Assembly (NCBI GenBank): GCA_002269645.1
Contig: NIVC01000135.1
Coordinates: 124,001-188,000 of the forward strand
Reading direction: 5' to 3'
Origin: Macrostomum lignano
Taxonomy: Eukaryota
Length of the DNA: 64,000 nt
In this document: piece by piece, positions 22,461-35,599 of the stretch
Numbering within the stretch: position 1 is the first letter of the stretch
Layout: every line of letters begins with the position of its first letter
Program-made: the position numbers and the translations under genes
The notes under the pieces: generated by a model
Seen by the model: only the letters and a program-made list of their open reading frames with translations
Told to the model about the DNA's origin: nothing
Database searches by the model: none

Positions 22461-24578
22461 ATGTAGCAAGTGAACTCCTACAATTCTGCCAAGTCAGCGT
22501 TGAAACTTATATGGGAAAACTGCAAATTTTCCGGAGCAGGCTTTAGGCTATTTTAATTTTTAATTTTCCAATTTTAACATCCCTAAAAAAGCAGAAAACT
22601 GCTTTTTAAACCCCCAATAACCTTCTTTGGCCACTCTGCCTGGGGCTGCAGCCAGTTTGTAAAAATAGCCACCCCAACCTCCGCCCGCGGGCCGCTGTGT
22701 ATTGAGGGGTGGTGGGTGCGCGTGTTCTGCGTTCAATGCAAATAAAACTCCCCGCGTGTTGGGGGGTTGAGTTAAATTTAATGCTTCCCCCAGAACGGGG
22801 GTTGGGCTTGGGCTGAGTGTACATAGCAGTTGTACAGTGTAAACAGATAGACTGTGTCGAGATTCATTTGGTTTTATTATTGGCGCCTTTTTTCTATAGG
22901 CAGCCCTGTGTATTAGTTTGGCAGTGAAATTCAATGAATTGCGAGCTTCTCTAGCAAGCAGTCGGGAAATCGGTAAATTTCAAACGCTAACTGTTCCTTG
23001 AGTTTTAAACTTTGAGAGGAGAGACTTATATTGCTGGAAAGATCTTGCAACGCTGAGTTTAGGGATATAAGTTGTTTGCTTTAAATATGAAAAGAAAAAG
23101 CACCGCATTTAAAAAACTATTTCCATACTTTTAACTTTCTGCAAAAATTGTACTCAGTTTTGCGTGACGTAATAGATAAAGTTGGGGGGAGGGTTCAACT
23201 TCTCACTGCTGCTGTGTATTGGAGGGTTGATTTAGATTGCGCAATGTTTTTGTTAACTTTGACTGAGACTGATACTGACTGACTGTGAAATCGGTTGCGC
23301 AATGAATTGATTCAATTAGTTCAATATTTTTATCAGTGCCTTTTAACACGAAGCTGTGCGTAGTTCTAACCCTAACCCTAACCCTAACCCTAACCCTAAC
23401 CCTAACCCTAACCAATGAATCCGGAGAGTTGAGTTGTTTGACGGAAAAAATTCGATTGAGTCCAGTTTAGCGGAGACGATTTCAATGTTTTAATTTTGAC
23501 GGAGGAGATAATTAATGATTGATTTCTGTTTTATGGAGACGATTTTGATGGATTTAAGTTTCAAGGAGAGGATTTCGAAGGAGATCCAGTTTCACGGAGA
23601 GGATTTCGATGGTTTTCAGTTGCACGGACAGGATTTCTGCTTCGCGGAGAAAATCTTGATAGATTTGGCATCTTCAATCAGTCAGAGAAGAGAGTAAAGA
23701 GAAGAATGAAAAGAGAAGAGAGATGAGATGATAGAAAACAGAGTAGAAATGAGTGGAGAAATTAGACATGACAGATGGGAGAGAAGAGGGGAGTAAGGCG
23801 GGAACGAAGGAGAGAGAAGAGAAGAGGAGAGAGGAGATGAAGGGAGAGGATATGAGAGAGGAGATATGAGATAGCAGAGAGGAGACAGGAGAGAGAAGAA
23901 AGGAGGGATAAGAGCGTACAGAGGCAATAGAAGAGAGGAAAGAGAGGAGAGAGGTGAGAGGTGAGAGGAGAGAGATGAAAGATCAGAGATCAGAGATTTA
24001 AGAGAAGAAAGTAGTGAGGAGAAAGAAGAGGGTAAAGATGAGAGTGCAGAGAGGAGAGAAACGAGAGGAGACAGGTAGTAGAAAGGAGTGTAAAAAACAG
24101 GAGATAAGAAAGGAGAGGGTGAGTGTGAGAGCATATAGGAAAGTGTAAAAGGGAGCAGAGGAGAGAGAATAGATAAGTGAGTAGAGAAGAGATATGAGGG
24201 AGGAGAGATAAATAAGGGAGTAGAGATGAGAAAAGAGAGAGAAGAGATAAGCGAGAAGAGTAGGAATAGAGGAGAGAGAGAGAGAGAAGCGAGAGAAGGG
24301 AGAGAGGAGGGAGAAGAGAAATGAAAGATCAGAGATGAGAGAGATGAAAGAGTGGAGAGGAGTAATTAGTGAGGAGAAAGAAGAGAGTAAAAATAAAAAT
24401 CAGAGCGCAGGGCGCAAGAGATGAGAAATGGAAGTTGATAGATTGTAGAGGATTTGGAGATGATTTGGAAGATGAGATTCAAGTCATGGAATTTCAGCTG
24501 ATGGGAGTTCTTCCCCTTCAGAATTCCGGTGATGGGAGTTCTTCCCCTTTCTCCTCCAGAGGAGGAGTTCCACTCTCT
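22404..24578 (+). mobile_element. Helitron-like unit B
   Basis: TC start (TCTCCCTAATACTAAAACTG + (CTGT)n) directly after the CTTG of unit A. The body is near-identical to unit C. Ends with hairpin CTCCTCC-AGA-GGAGGAG (24551-24567) + TTCCAC. Confidence 0.7.
23366..23413 (+). repeat. Interstitial telomeric repeat (CTAACC)8
   Basis: Exact CCCTAA-type repeats. The equivalent site in unit C has 4 units (25506-25529). Confidence 0.9.
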
Positions 24579-27229
24579 TCTATATACTAAAGCTGACGTC
24601 GTGGTCCGGTGGTAGGGTGGGCCGGTGGGCCGGGTTTGTCGACGATCTCCTCCCAGGATTCTTGCAACTCAACTTTCAAACCGGTACCAAAACGTGTCAA
24701 ATGTCCCGACGATGCTACAATTTAAAATTCATTTTCAAATTTCAATTTTAAGTGCTTCAAAAAAGCAGAAAACTGCTTTTTTTAACCCCCAATAACCTTC
24801 TTTGGCTAATCTGCCTGGGGCTTCAGCCAGTTTGTAAAAATAGCCACCCCAACCTCCGCCCGCGGGCCGCTGTGTATTGAGGGGTGGTGGGTGCGCGTGT
24901 TCTGGGTTCAATGCAAATAAAACCCCGCCGCGTGTTGGGGGTTGAGTTAAATTTAATGCTTCCCCCAGAACGGGGGTTGGGCTTGGGCTGAGTGTACATA
25001 GCAGTTGTACAGTGTAAATAGATAGACTGTGTCGAGATTCATTTGGTTTTATTATTGGCGCCTTTTTTTCTCCATAGGCAGCCCTGTGTATTAGTTTGGC
25101 AGTGAAATTCAATGAATTGCGAGCTTCTCTAGCAAGCAGTCGGGAAATCGGTAAATTTCAAACGCTAACTGTTCCTCGAGTTTTAAACTTTGAGAGGAGA
25201 GACTTATATTGCTGGAAAGATCTTGCAACGCTGAGTTCGAGGATATAAGTTGTTTGCTTTAAATATGAAAATAAAAAGCACAGCATTTGAAAAACTATTT
25301 CCATACTTTTAACTTGCTGCAAAGATTGTACTCAGTTTTGCGAGACGTAATAGATAAAGTTGGGGGGAGGGTTCAACTTCTCACTGCTGCTGTGTATTGG
25401 AGGGTTGATTTAGATTGACTGACTGACTGTGCAGTTGCGCAATGAATTGATTCAATTAGTTCAATATTTTTATCAGTGTCTTTTAACACGAAGCTGTGCG
25501 TAGTTCTAACCCTAACCCTAACCCTAACCAATGAATCCGGAGAGTTGAGTTGTTTGACGGAAAAAATTCGATTGAGTCCAGTTTAGCGGAGACGATTTCA
25601 ATGTTTTAATTTTGACGAAGAGGATTTCTGTTACGTGGAGAGGATTTCGATGGTGTTCAGTTTCGTGGAGAGGATTTCGATGGTGTTAAGTTTCGTGGAG
25701 AGGGTTTCGATGGTGTTCAGTTTTGTGGAAAGGATTTCGATGATGTTCAGTTTCACGGAGAGGATTTCGATGATGTTCAGCTTCACGGAGAGGATTTCTG
25801 GTTCGCGGAGATAATTTATGATTGATTTCTGTTTTATGGAGACCATTTTGATGGATTTAAGTTTCAAGAAGAGGATTTCGAAGGAGTCCAGTTTCACGGA
25901 GAGGATTTCGATGGTTTTCAGTTGCACGGACAGGATTTTTCTGTTTCGCGGAGAGGATCTTGATGGATTTGGCATCTTAATCAGTCAGAGAAGAGAGTAA
26001 AGAGAAGAATGAAAAGAGAAGAGAGATGAGATGATAGAAAACAGAGTAGAAATGAGTGGAGAAATTAGACATGACAGATGGGAGAGAAGAGGGGAGTAAG
26101 GCGGGAACGAAGGAGAGAGAAGAGAAGAGAAGAGAGGAGATGAAGGGAGAGGATATGAGAGAGGAGATATGAGATAGCAGAGAGGAGACAGGAGAGAGAA
26201 GAAAGGAGGGATAAGAGCGTACAGAGGCAATAGAAGAGAGGAAAGAGAGGAGAGAGGTGAGAGGTGAGAGGAGAGAGATGAAAGATCAGAGATCAGAGTT
26301 TTAAGAGAAGAAAGTAGTGAGGAGAAAGAAGAGGGTAAAGATGAGAGTGCAGAGAGGAGAGAAACGAGAGGAGACAGGTGGTAGAAAGGAGTGTAAAAAC
26401 AGCAGATAAGAAAGGGGAGGGTGAGAGTGAGAGCATATAGGAAAGTGTAAAAGGGGAGCAGAGGAGAGAGAATAGATAAGTGAGTAGAGAAGAGATATGA
26501 GAGAGGAAAGACGAGGGGAGAGAGGAGACAGGAGAGAGTAAATTTGAAAGACCTGGGAGAAGAGATAAATAAGATAGTACAGATGAGAGGAGAGATGAGA
26601 GATGCAATGAGAAAAGAGATGAGTGAGAAAATAAGAGAGAGAAGAGATTAGAGATTAGAGAAGAGATGAGGGGAGATGAGAGGAGAGAAGAGAGTATGGA
26701 GAGGAGAGAAAAGAGAGGAGAGGAGACAGGTGATGCAGTAGAAAGGGAAGAAAGATGGTAGATAAGAAAGGAGAGGGTGAGAGCGTATAAGAGATACGAG
26801 AAATGAGAGCAGAGAGAAGAGAGAAAGTAGAGCGGAGACAATAGATAAGTAAGTAGAGATGAGATATGAGAGAGGAGAGAAAAGGGGAGAGATAATAGAG
26901 AAGATAGGAGAGTAGACAGGAGAGGGTACAGACGAAAGACGAGGGAGAAGAGATAAATAAGGGAGTAGAGATAAAAAAGAGAGTAGGGGTAGAGATGAGA
27001 TGAGAGAGAGGAGAGAGAAGCGAGTCACGATAATAGCGAAGAGAGGAGAGAGTAGATATGAGAGACGTAAGAGTCTTTGAGCTATGGTCTTTGAAAGGTT
27101 TGTAAAGAATTTGGAGACGATTTGGAAGATGGGGTTCAAGACATGGAATTTCAGTTGATGGATAATTCAGGGAATGGAATTCCGGTGATGGGAGTTCTTC
27201 CCCTTTCTCCTCCGAAGGAGGAGTTCCAC
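24579..27229 (+). mobile_element. Helitron-like unit C
   Basis: 5' TCTATATACTAAAGCTGAC, body shared with unit B, and 3' hairpin CTCCTCC-GAA-GGAGGAG (27207-27223) + TTCCAC. Confidence 0.75.
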
Positions 27230-28234
27230 TTATATACTAAAGCTGACGTCGTGGTCCGGTGGGCCGGGTTTGTCGACGATCTCCTCCTAGGATTCTTGCA
27301 ACTCAACTTTCAAACCGGTACCAAAACATGTCAAATGTCCCGACGATGCTACAATTTAAAATTCATTTTCAAATTTCAATTTTAAGTGCTTCAAAAAAGC
27401 AGAAAACAGCACAAACCAGACAGCCAGATGTCTATATATCGCATTCCATGGACTTCCCACTTGACGCTATTTTGTATGGTTGCGCCACAACTTTTCTCCT
27501 ATCTCTGCAGTGTATTTCATTTCAGCTGGGGGAGGGTCGCCGGCACTTGAGAATTGGCGGCCTACTTGCTCAGTGTTAAAAAGGGGTGGAGGTGCACACT
27601 GCGCGAGAATGGATGGCTTGATTTTTTAACTCATCACAGAGTGTACATTGCGCTCTGCAAGTAAGAAACGGGAAAACTTGCACCTTAATTTCTGCTTTTA
27701 ATTTTCAAGCTACAGAAAAGTGAATCACACCGTTGGAAAGAGTTTGAAAAACTGAACAGAATGGTATAATTTTCTGTTCCGAAATCTCAACTGCATCAGA
27801 GCAATTTGTCATAGAAAATTTCTTGATTTCAATTGTGAAAACGTTAAGTGGCTGGGGAGGGGTTTCATTAATTTCAATTCTGACTGTGCAATGCACAAGC
27901 CTAGACTCTCCCTGTGCATTTGGGGAGGTGCATGGGCTATAGACTGTACTGTAGATATTTACTGTACGCTTGCAAGTAACAAGGCCGACATAAATGAATA
28001 TAAATGAATAAATTCGGCTAAATGCAGTGTACATTTGTGAGAACCGGGCTGCGACAGTGATGGCGCAATGCATATGCATCAACGGGGGCAGGCGATCGTT
28101 TCAGTAGCTCAATTTCGCTGGCCCAAGAGCTAGGGTTAGGGTTACGATATGGAGTTCTGCAGATTCAACATTCCAACCATGGGATTCCGGGGATTTCAAT
28201 TCAGCGGATTTCTCCTCCAACGGAGGAGTTCCAC
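27230..28234 (+). mobile_element. Helitron-like unit D (C-type 5' end, unrelated interior)
   Basis: The first ~175 bp match the 5' end of unit C. The interior ~27410-28130 is unique in the window. 3' hairpin CTCCTCC-AAC-GGAGGAG (28212-28228) + TTCCAC. Confidence 0.65.
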
Positions 28235-31200
28235 TCTCTACATATAAAAATCAAAACTCTGTCTGTCTGTCTGTCTGTGTGTGGACAATTTTGATCGCTA
28301 TGGACTCCCAAACCGCTCAACCAAATGACACCAAACTTTACACCCACCCTAAACTTACTACGGAGAATGTCTAAGGCTACCTATTAATTTCCTAGACTCA
28401 AGTCTTCCTACCTAAAAGTACAAAAAACTGCTCAAAATGCGCGATTTTTTCACTAAATCCTCCATAGCGCCGCTCCACTTCGACCGATTCTCTTCAAATT
28501 TGACACAGGCAATTTTCAACTATTGTGACACAATCGTGTAAAATTTCAAATCTCAAAGTTAATCCTGAGCGGTGCTGTGCACTTTTAAAGTTAGGCTGTT
28601 TTTTTCAGCGTAGCAACCACCCCAACCTCCGCCCGCCTGCCTCTCTTTCCCGATCTGGGCCCAGATGTGTAAAAGGGTTTCAAAATTGACTAACTTTCAG
28701 CTGCCATAAGTTTGCTCCACGTAAAGCGATTGACTTCAAACTTGACACAATTCTTCATTGACTCATTCTCTATCTAAATGTCAAGTTTCAACTCTGTAAC
28801 TCAACCGAAAAAGAAACTGTAAGCATGTGAAGTTTGTCTGCTTTATCTGTTGTTTGTGCCACTCACTCATTCCCCAGAGCCAGACGAAGGGTCAGGCGAT
28901 AGGGCTCAATGTACATAGCGAATGTACAGTGTTTTGGAATAGCCTTCTCTGTACCCCGCGAGTGGAGAGGCGTGGAGAGGAGAGAGTTTAGCCAGAGATT
29001 CAACCACTGTCCTCACTCCTGTATAAGACAAGTCTGCAGGAGTTAAACAAGGATGGTAAATCAAGGCGATGTGGGATGGTTTGTAAAAATAGCAAAAAAT
29101 TAATGATTACAATGAACTGATTACAATGCAATTTTACTAAATTGCTTACACCATGAAAATTTTAACATTAAGATACGAATAAGGTACTTGAAAATTTAAA
29201 TAACCTCCTAAGAAATGCGTATTTCCTTGGTTGTTAGACTGCTGCAGACTGTGGTGGTGGAGCTAGAGAATGGAGATACACAAATTCCTCTCAGGACTGC
29301 TAATTGGCCAGAAAGAGCACGAGAAATTATAACAACCATGATAGTACCACATCCCACAAACTGGCTTTCGAAGCAGGGATCGGCAGATTTTTATCTCAAA
29401 GGCCAGATAAAGAATCAAGCTTATAGCTGCAGGGCAGATGAGAGTGAAAAGGAAAAGGAATAGACTATTAGAAAGGGAGGAAAGGCGAGAGGGGATAAAA
29501 GAATAGATAGAAGATATTAGGAGAGACGAGGGGGTCGAGGGCAGAGCAGAGAATATGGGAGTCGGGAGGAAGAAGCGAGAGGAGAGAAGAGAGAAGGGAG
29601 ATGGAATTAGAGGTGAGAAGATGGAGAGAGAAAAGGGGAGAGATGAGACAGAGGATCAATGAGAGAGGAGAGTAGAGAAGAGTGAGAAGAGATGAGAGAT
29701 AAGAGAACAGAGAGGCAGATGAGAGAGGATCGAGAGGAGAGATTAGAAAGGATAGAGAAGAGAGGAGATAAGAGGGGATAGATAGAGAGGGAGAAGAGGA
29801 GTGAGAAGAGGAGATAAGAGATGAGAGAGGGAAGAGTGAGAAGATGAGATAAGATATAAGATATTAGAGATAAGAGAGAGAGAGAGTCGAGAAAGAAGAG
29901 AGGAGAAAGGAGAGATGATAGAGTAAAGGGAAAAGGAGGAGAGAGGAAAGAGATTAGATTGTGGAGATGAGAGAGATGAAAAAAAGAAGATTGTGAGAGT
30001 AGAGATGAGAGATGAAGGAAGAGAGAGCAGAGTGCAGAGAGACGAGAGAAGAGAATAGAGGGGAGAGAGTATAGAAGAGGGAAGAGAAGAGAGGAGTAAG
30101 GAAAGAGGGGTGTCAGAAAAGGGGAAAGAGAAGAGTACACAGTAGAGAGGAGAGTAGAGATGACAGAAGAGAGAGGGGAATGAGAGAGCGAAGATGAGAG
30201 TGAACAGACGATATAAGAAAGGAGAGAGGAGAGTGAGAAAGAAGAGAGAAGACAAGAGAGGGAGAGAGTATAGAAGAGAGAAGTGAAGAGACAAGAAGAA
30301 AGAATTGAAAGGATCGAGTCCTCCTGAGTCAAAAAAGGGGAAAGAGAGGAGTACAAGTGGAGAGAGGTGAGAGAACATATGAGAGTAAAGATGACAGAAC
30401 AGAGAGGGGAGATAAGAGATCAGAACAGACTAGAGATGGAAGAGTAGAGAGAAAAGAGGAGAGATAAGAAATAAGAGATAAGAGGTGCAGACAAGGGAGA
30501 GATGAGAAGTGAGTGAGGAGAGAGGGGGGGAAGGGAGAGAATCAAGAGGATAGGGGAAATTGGTGAAAAGGACGAGAGAGGAGAGGAAAAAAGGGAGAGG
30601 TTAGAGAGAAAAGAGATAGGACAGGAGATAGCAGAGAGATGAGAGGAGAGAGTGGACAGAGGAAAGGAAAGAGTTGAGAGAAGAGAGGAAAAAGGAGAGA
30701 GTAGAGATAAGGAAAGTGTTGAGAGAGGGTAGAGTAAGGAGTGAGAAGAGAGGTGAGGGAAGAGAGAGCAGAGTGAAGAGAGAGTAGAGAGCAGAGAGAA
30801 ATGAGAAAAGATAAAACAGGAGAAAGGAGATATGAGAGACCAGAGACCAGAGCAAAGAGAGGAGAAGAGAGAGAAAAGAATAGAGGGGAGAGGGAAGAGA
30901 CGAGAGAGGAGAGAAGAAAGAAGAGATAAGAGGGGAGAGAGAGAAGAGACGAGACAGAAGATAGGAAACAGAAAAGAAGATGGAAGTTTCAAAGAATGCA
31001 AAGGACATAGGGAAAGGCAGAGGTACGGAGAGGCCAGAGTTTGCCTGAAATTCTGCGCAGCACCCCAGACAACAATATCAATGTTTGCCTCAAATCCTAA
31101 TTTTACATGAATGTGTACTATTTTATGTTTAACTCTATCCTAGCTATTAACAAGGGAACAAGTTTTTGTTTGAGTTTTACCTCAGATTTTAGAATACATA

Positions 31201-31260
31201 CAAAAATAATTCCCGGAATGGAGTTCCCCGGGTTCAAAATCCGTGGGTTTCAACAGCTTG
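28235..31260 (+). mobile_element. Helitron-like unit E (same family as unit A)
   Basis: TCTCTACATATAAAAATC start and CAACAGCTTG|T end. Colinear with 19333-22403. Confidence 0.75.
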
Positions 31261-31462
31261 TTTTTATATGTAAAAAGGCCATCTTCTCATCATTTAATCT
31301 TTAATACTTAGGTTTACTTAGAGTTTAAATATGATTTATAGCTTAGCCTTTTTATTAACTCATTACTTGTACTATTAAGAATGAAAAAATAGGAAGGATG
31401 TTTCAAAACAAACAAACAAGAATATGACTCATTTGCCTTCAAAATGATGGATTCATACATGT

Positions 31463-31621
31463 GCAACTTTAGGAATCACCTAGCCATTTCTATTGGCAAC
31501 ATATAGGCCCTATATGTAAGTAGCTATTGGCTGAGAGTAGTCACATTACTACTATTCTGTCTAATAGTGACTTACATGTGTGTATTGCCAATAGAAACAG
31601 CCAAGTGAATCCCAAGGTTGC
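31463..31621. mobile_element. MITE-like inverted repeat
   Basis: 37-bp imperfect arms GCAACTTTAGGAATCACCTAGCCATTTCTATTGGCAA / TTGCCAATAGAAACAGCCAAGTGAATCCCAAGGTTGC. Confidence 0.55.
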
Positions 31622-32848
31622 TCCCAGGCATGGATGGATTTGTAGTCAAATGTTATTAGACCATAGCTTTAAGTAGTACACAGTATATAAAACTAGTCTT
31701 TATATTAGTTACCATGTAAATAACACCAGCACTATTTACACAGTACTGTGCAAATAATGAGTACCTTTTTTATTTATCTACCTAAACTATGGCATTCCTT
31801 TGGTTTACGATCATTGAAATTAGTGACAATCCCCATTGGATTTGGAGAGATGGGGAAGATACAAAATTGTTGTTCATTTCATCAAAATGCAAAAAACAGT
31901 AGACAAGCACTCCAATCCTTTTTATTTATCCATCATAACACTAGCTGCATATTCAAATGAAAAAAGAAGGCAAAAGGGTAACGGGGTTTTGGTATTTTAC
32001 AAGCTCTATCTGAAATTGATCTCAATACATGGCTAGCTTTGGTTCACAATCATTCACATGTATTGCTTATATCTAAATGATCATAAACCAAAGCTAAGTA
32101 GAGCTCTTAAGCCCCTAAGGTTGGGGACCTAATAAAACAATCCTCCAAGGCATTCATTAAGGTCCAGGTCTCTGCATTCTAAAACATTTATAGAAAGTTT
32201 ACTAGTTATAGATATAGATATAGATATGGATATGGAAAAATGGTTATAACAGAATTTTATTGTATAAAAATAATTTTAAAAACAAAAAGCATTAGCTCCC
32301 TAAAAGCCTACTATCTAGTCTATGATATTTGTATCCCTTGTGAGCTTTCACATCAAAGCATCATTTAAAGGCTTTTTTAAGCCATGGTTTAATACTAATT
32401 TTTCATTTGATTTTTGGTCTATTAACAATTCCTAATTTACCTTTGGTATTTTAGCTGCCCTCCTCCCTGTTTCTATAAGCTAAAACACTTCAGCAATACC
32501 CTCATAACTATTGATATTTTAGCAATTCTACTATGAGCCTCAAAATATTAGCAATTTTTCCTAAGAGTTATAGCATTACAGCAAATCCTCTTTTATATCT
32601 CAAGGCTTTGAGTCTTGATATCTCAGAAATTTCTTTATTAGCCTTGAAATCAATACAGTTCTATCTATGGATCTTAACATTTTAGCAATTCCTTAATGAT
32701 TATTTTACATTTGACAAGACAATTTTAAAGTTTAACCCTACCTTAACCTTATTCAAAGTCACAACATATTAGCTATTCCCCCTATGAGCCTATAAATGTG
32801 CCTAGATGAATTTGATTTTCATCATAATTTTCTGCTTCAAATTTATAG

Positions 32849-33055
<207 letters not shown>

Positions 33056-33139
33056 TGAGTTATCGAGTTAGTTTTTGTTGAACAATATAGTTAATTCTTG
33101 CTTGATATGTTACATGCTATTGAGTGTCATCTGGTAATC

Positions 33140-34225
<1,086 letters not shown>

Positions 34226-34949
34226 TAAGGGTTGCTGCTAAACCAAAAATAATTTTGTCCTGTTAAACTTAAATAATGTTTTTCTAGACCCTTTCATTCC
34301 ATTAGAAAAATAGAAATCTTGTTTCTTTGTTATAAAAGTTGTTAAAGGGGATGTGAACTTGAGACAAGAGTCATAATGGAGCCTGAAGCATTGGGTCCTG
34401 GTTTCTCTACATCAATCCCTTCATTAGGAGCCAAATAGCTCATGTTATGCCGAAAAACCCGACCGCTTTAGCATTGGGGGGTCTTTAAGGGGAGAAGTGG
34501 GATAAATAAAGATTTAATGTGGTCGGAAAACTTCCTTTGTTTTTTTGAGTTTAATATGAAATCAACCTGTTTTTTTCAGGACGCTCTAGTATACAGCCAT
34601 ACCTTCTAGTTAACAGTCCCACTCTCCAGCCGACTAGACTTAGGCCCTCTTAGATTGATTACTTCTGTAGGTTACTTATAGTTAAAAAAGAATCAAAAGC
34701 TGGCATTTTGTTCTGTATGATGCTATAAAGTCAGTAAGTCTGCAATAAAAGTAAGAATTATCAAAGTGGCTTCCTGAATGAATGGGTTCATGTTACTTTC
34801 AATGCGCATGTCGTCAATCTTGCTCCAAACGTTGTTTCTCAACACATTACATGAGTATTGTCCCTGGCAACAAGAGCTTCCATGATGTGAGACAGTAAAT
34901 ACTGGGCGCCCGAGGCCGCTGACACTGCCGGATCGACTCAACCAGTTGA

Positions 34950-35060
34950 CTCTTCTCTGTAGCTTTTGGCCGCTACACAGGCCACAGGATCTCTTGCACA
35001 CAGTCGGTATTGCATTGGTTTTCACATTCCACTTCTTGCGGTACGGTCCACGTGGTGTAC
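34950..35060 (-). pseudogene. Possible THAP-domain C-terminal fragment
   Basis: KKWNVKTNAIPTV resembles the THAP LK..AVPTI motif. Short and uncertain. Confidence 0.3.
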
Positions 35061-35599
35061 AAGCCCGTAACGCAATATTTCGTATCGATACGTATCGGAC
35101 ACGTCCCCCTGAGGTCCAAAAGTTTCGTCCCAGGAATAGTACTTTTGATATTTCCAGATACATATCCGATACGAAATTTTGAGACGTCCCAGAGACGGTC
35201 CCAGGTGACTCTTATGAGACCTTAATAAAGACGATCGACCGCACGCACATTGCTCCTACTTTTCGCACTTTTGAGAAGTTTTGTAATCACTTGACTGAAA
35301 TGTCGGATAATCTACGACAAATTTGATAGCCAAACAAGTGAATCGATTATCAATCACCTTGACGGTCTGTCGGCACTCAATAAAGTTTTGGGAAACTTTT
35401 ACAGTGAGGAAAAATAAGGCAACATTGAAAAAATTAAATTATCAATTTACTTACTGTAAATCAGTGCAGGAACTAGATTAAAAACTTGGGCTCATACAAA
35501 CTATCGAATTTCCTTTAGAAATTAAGGCCGGTGTAACGTGTTTTGTTTAGAGGCGTAGCGAAAAGAGATGCAAAAAACCTATTGAACTAATATTTTCAT

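Noticed and set aside
20335-31110. Long Ser/Leu-rich or Arg/Glu-rich ORFs up to 316 aa
   Set aside because: They are artefacts of purine/pyrimidine tracts that lack stop codons on one strand.
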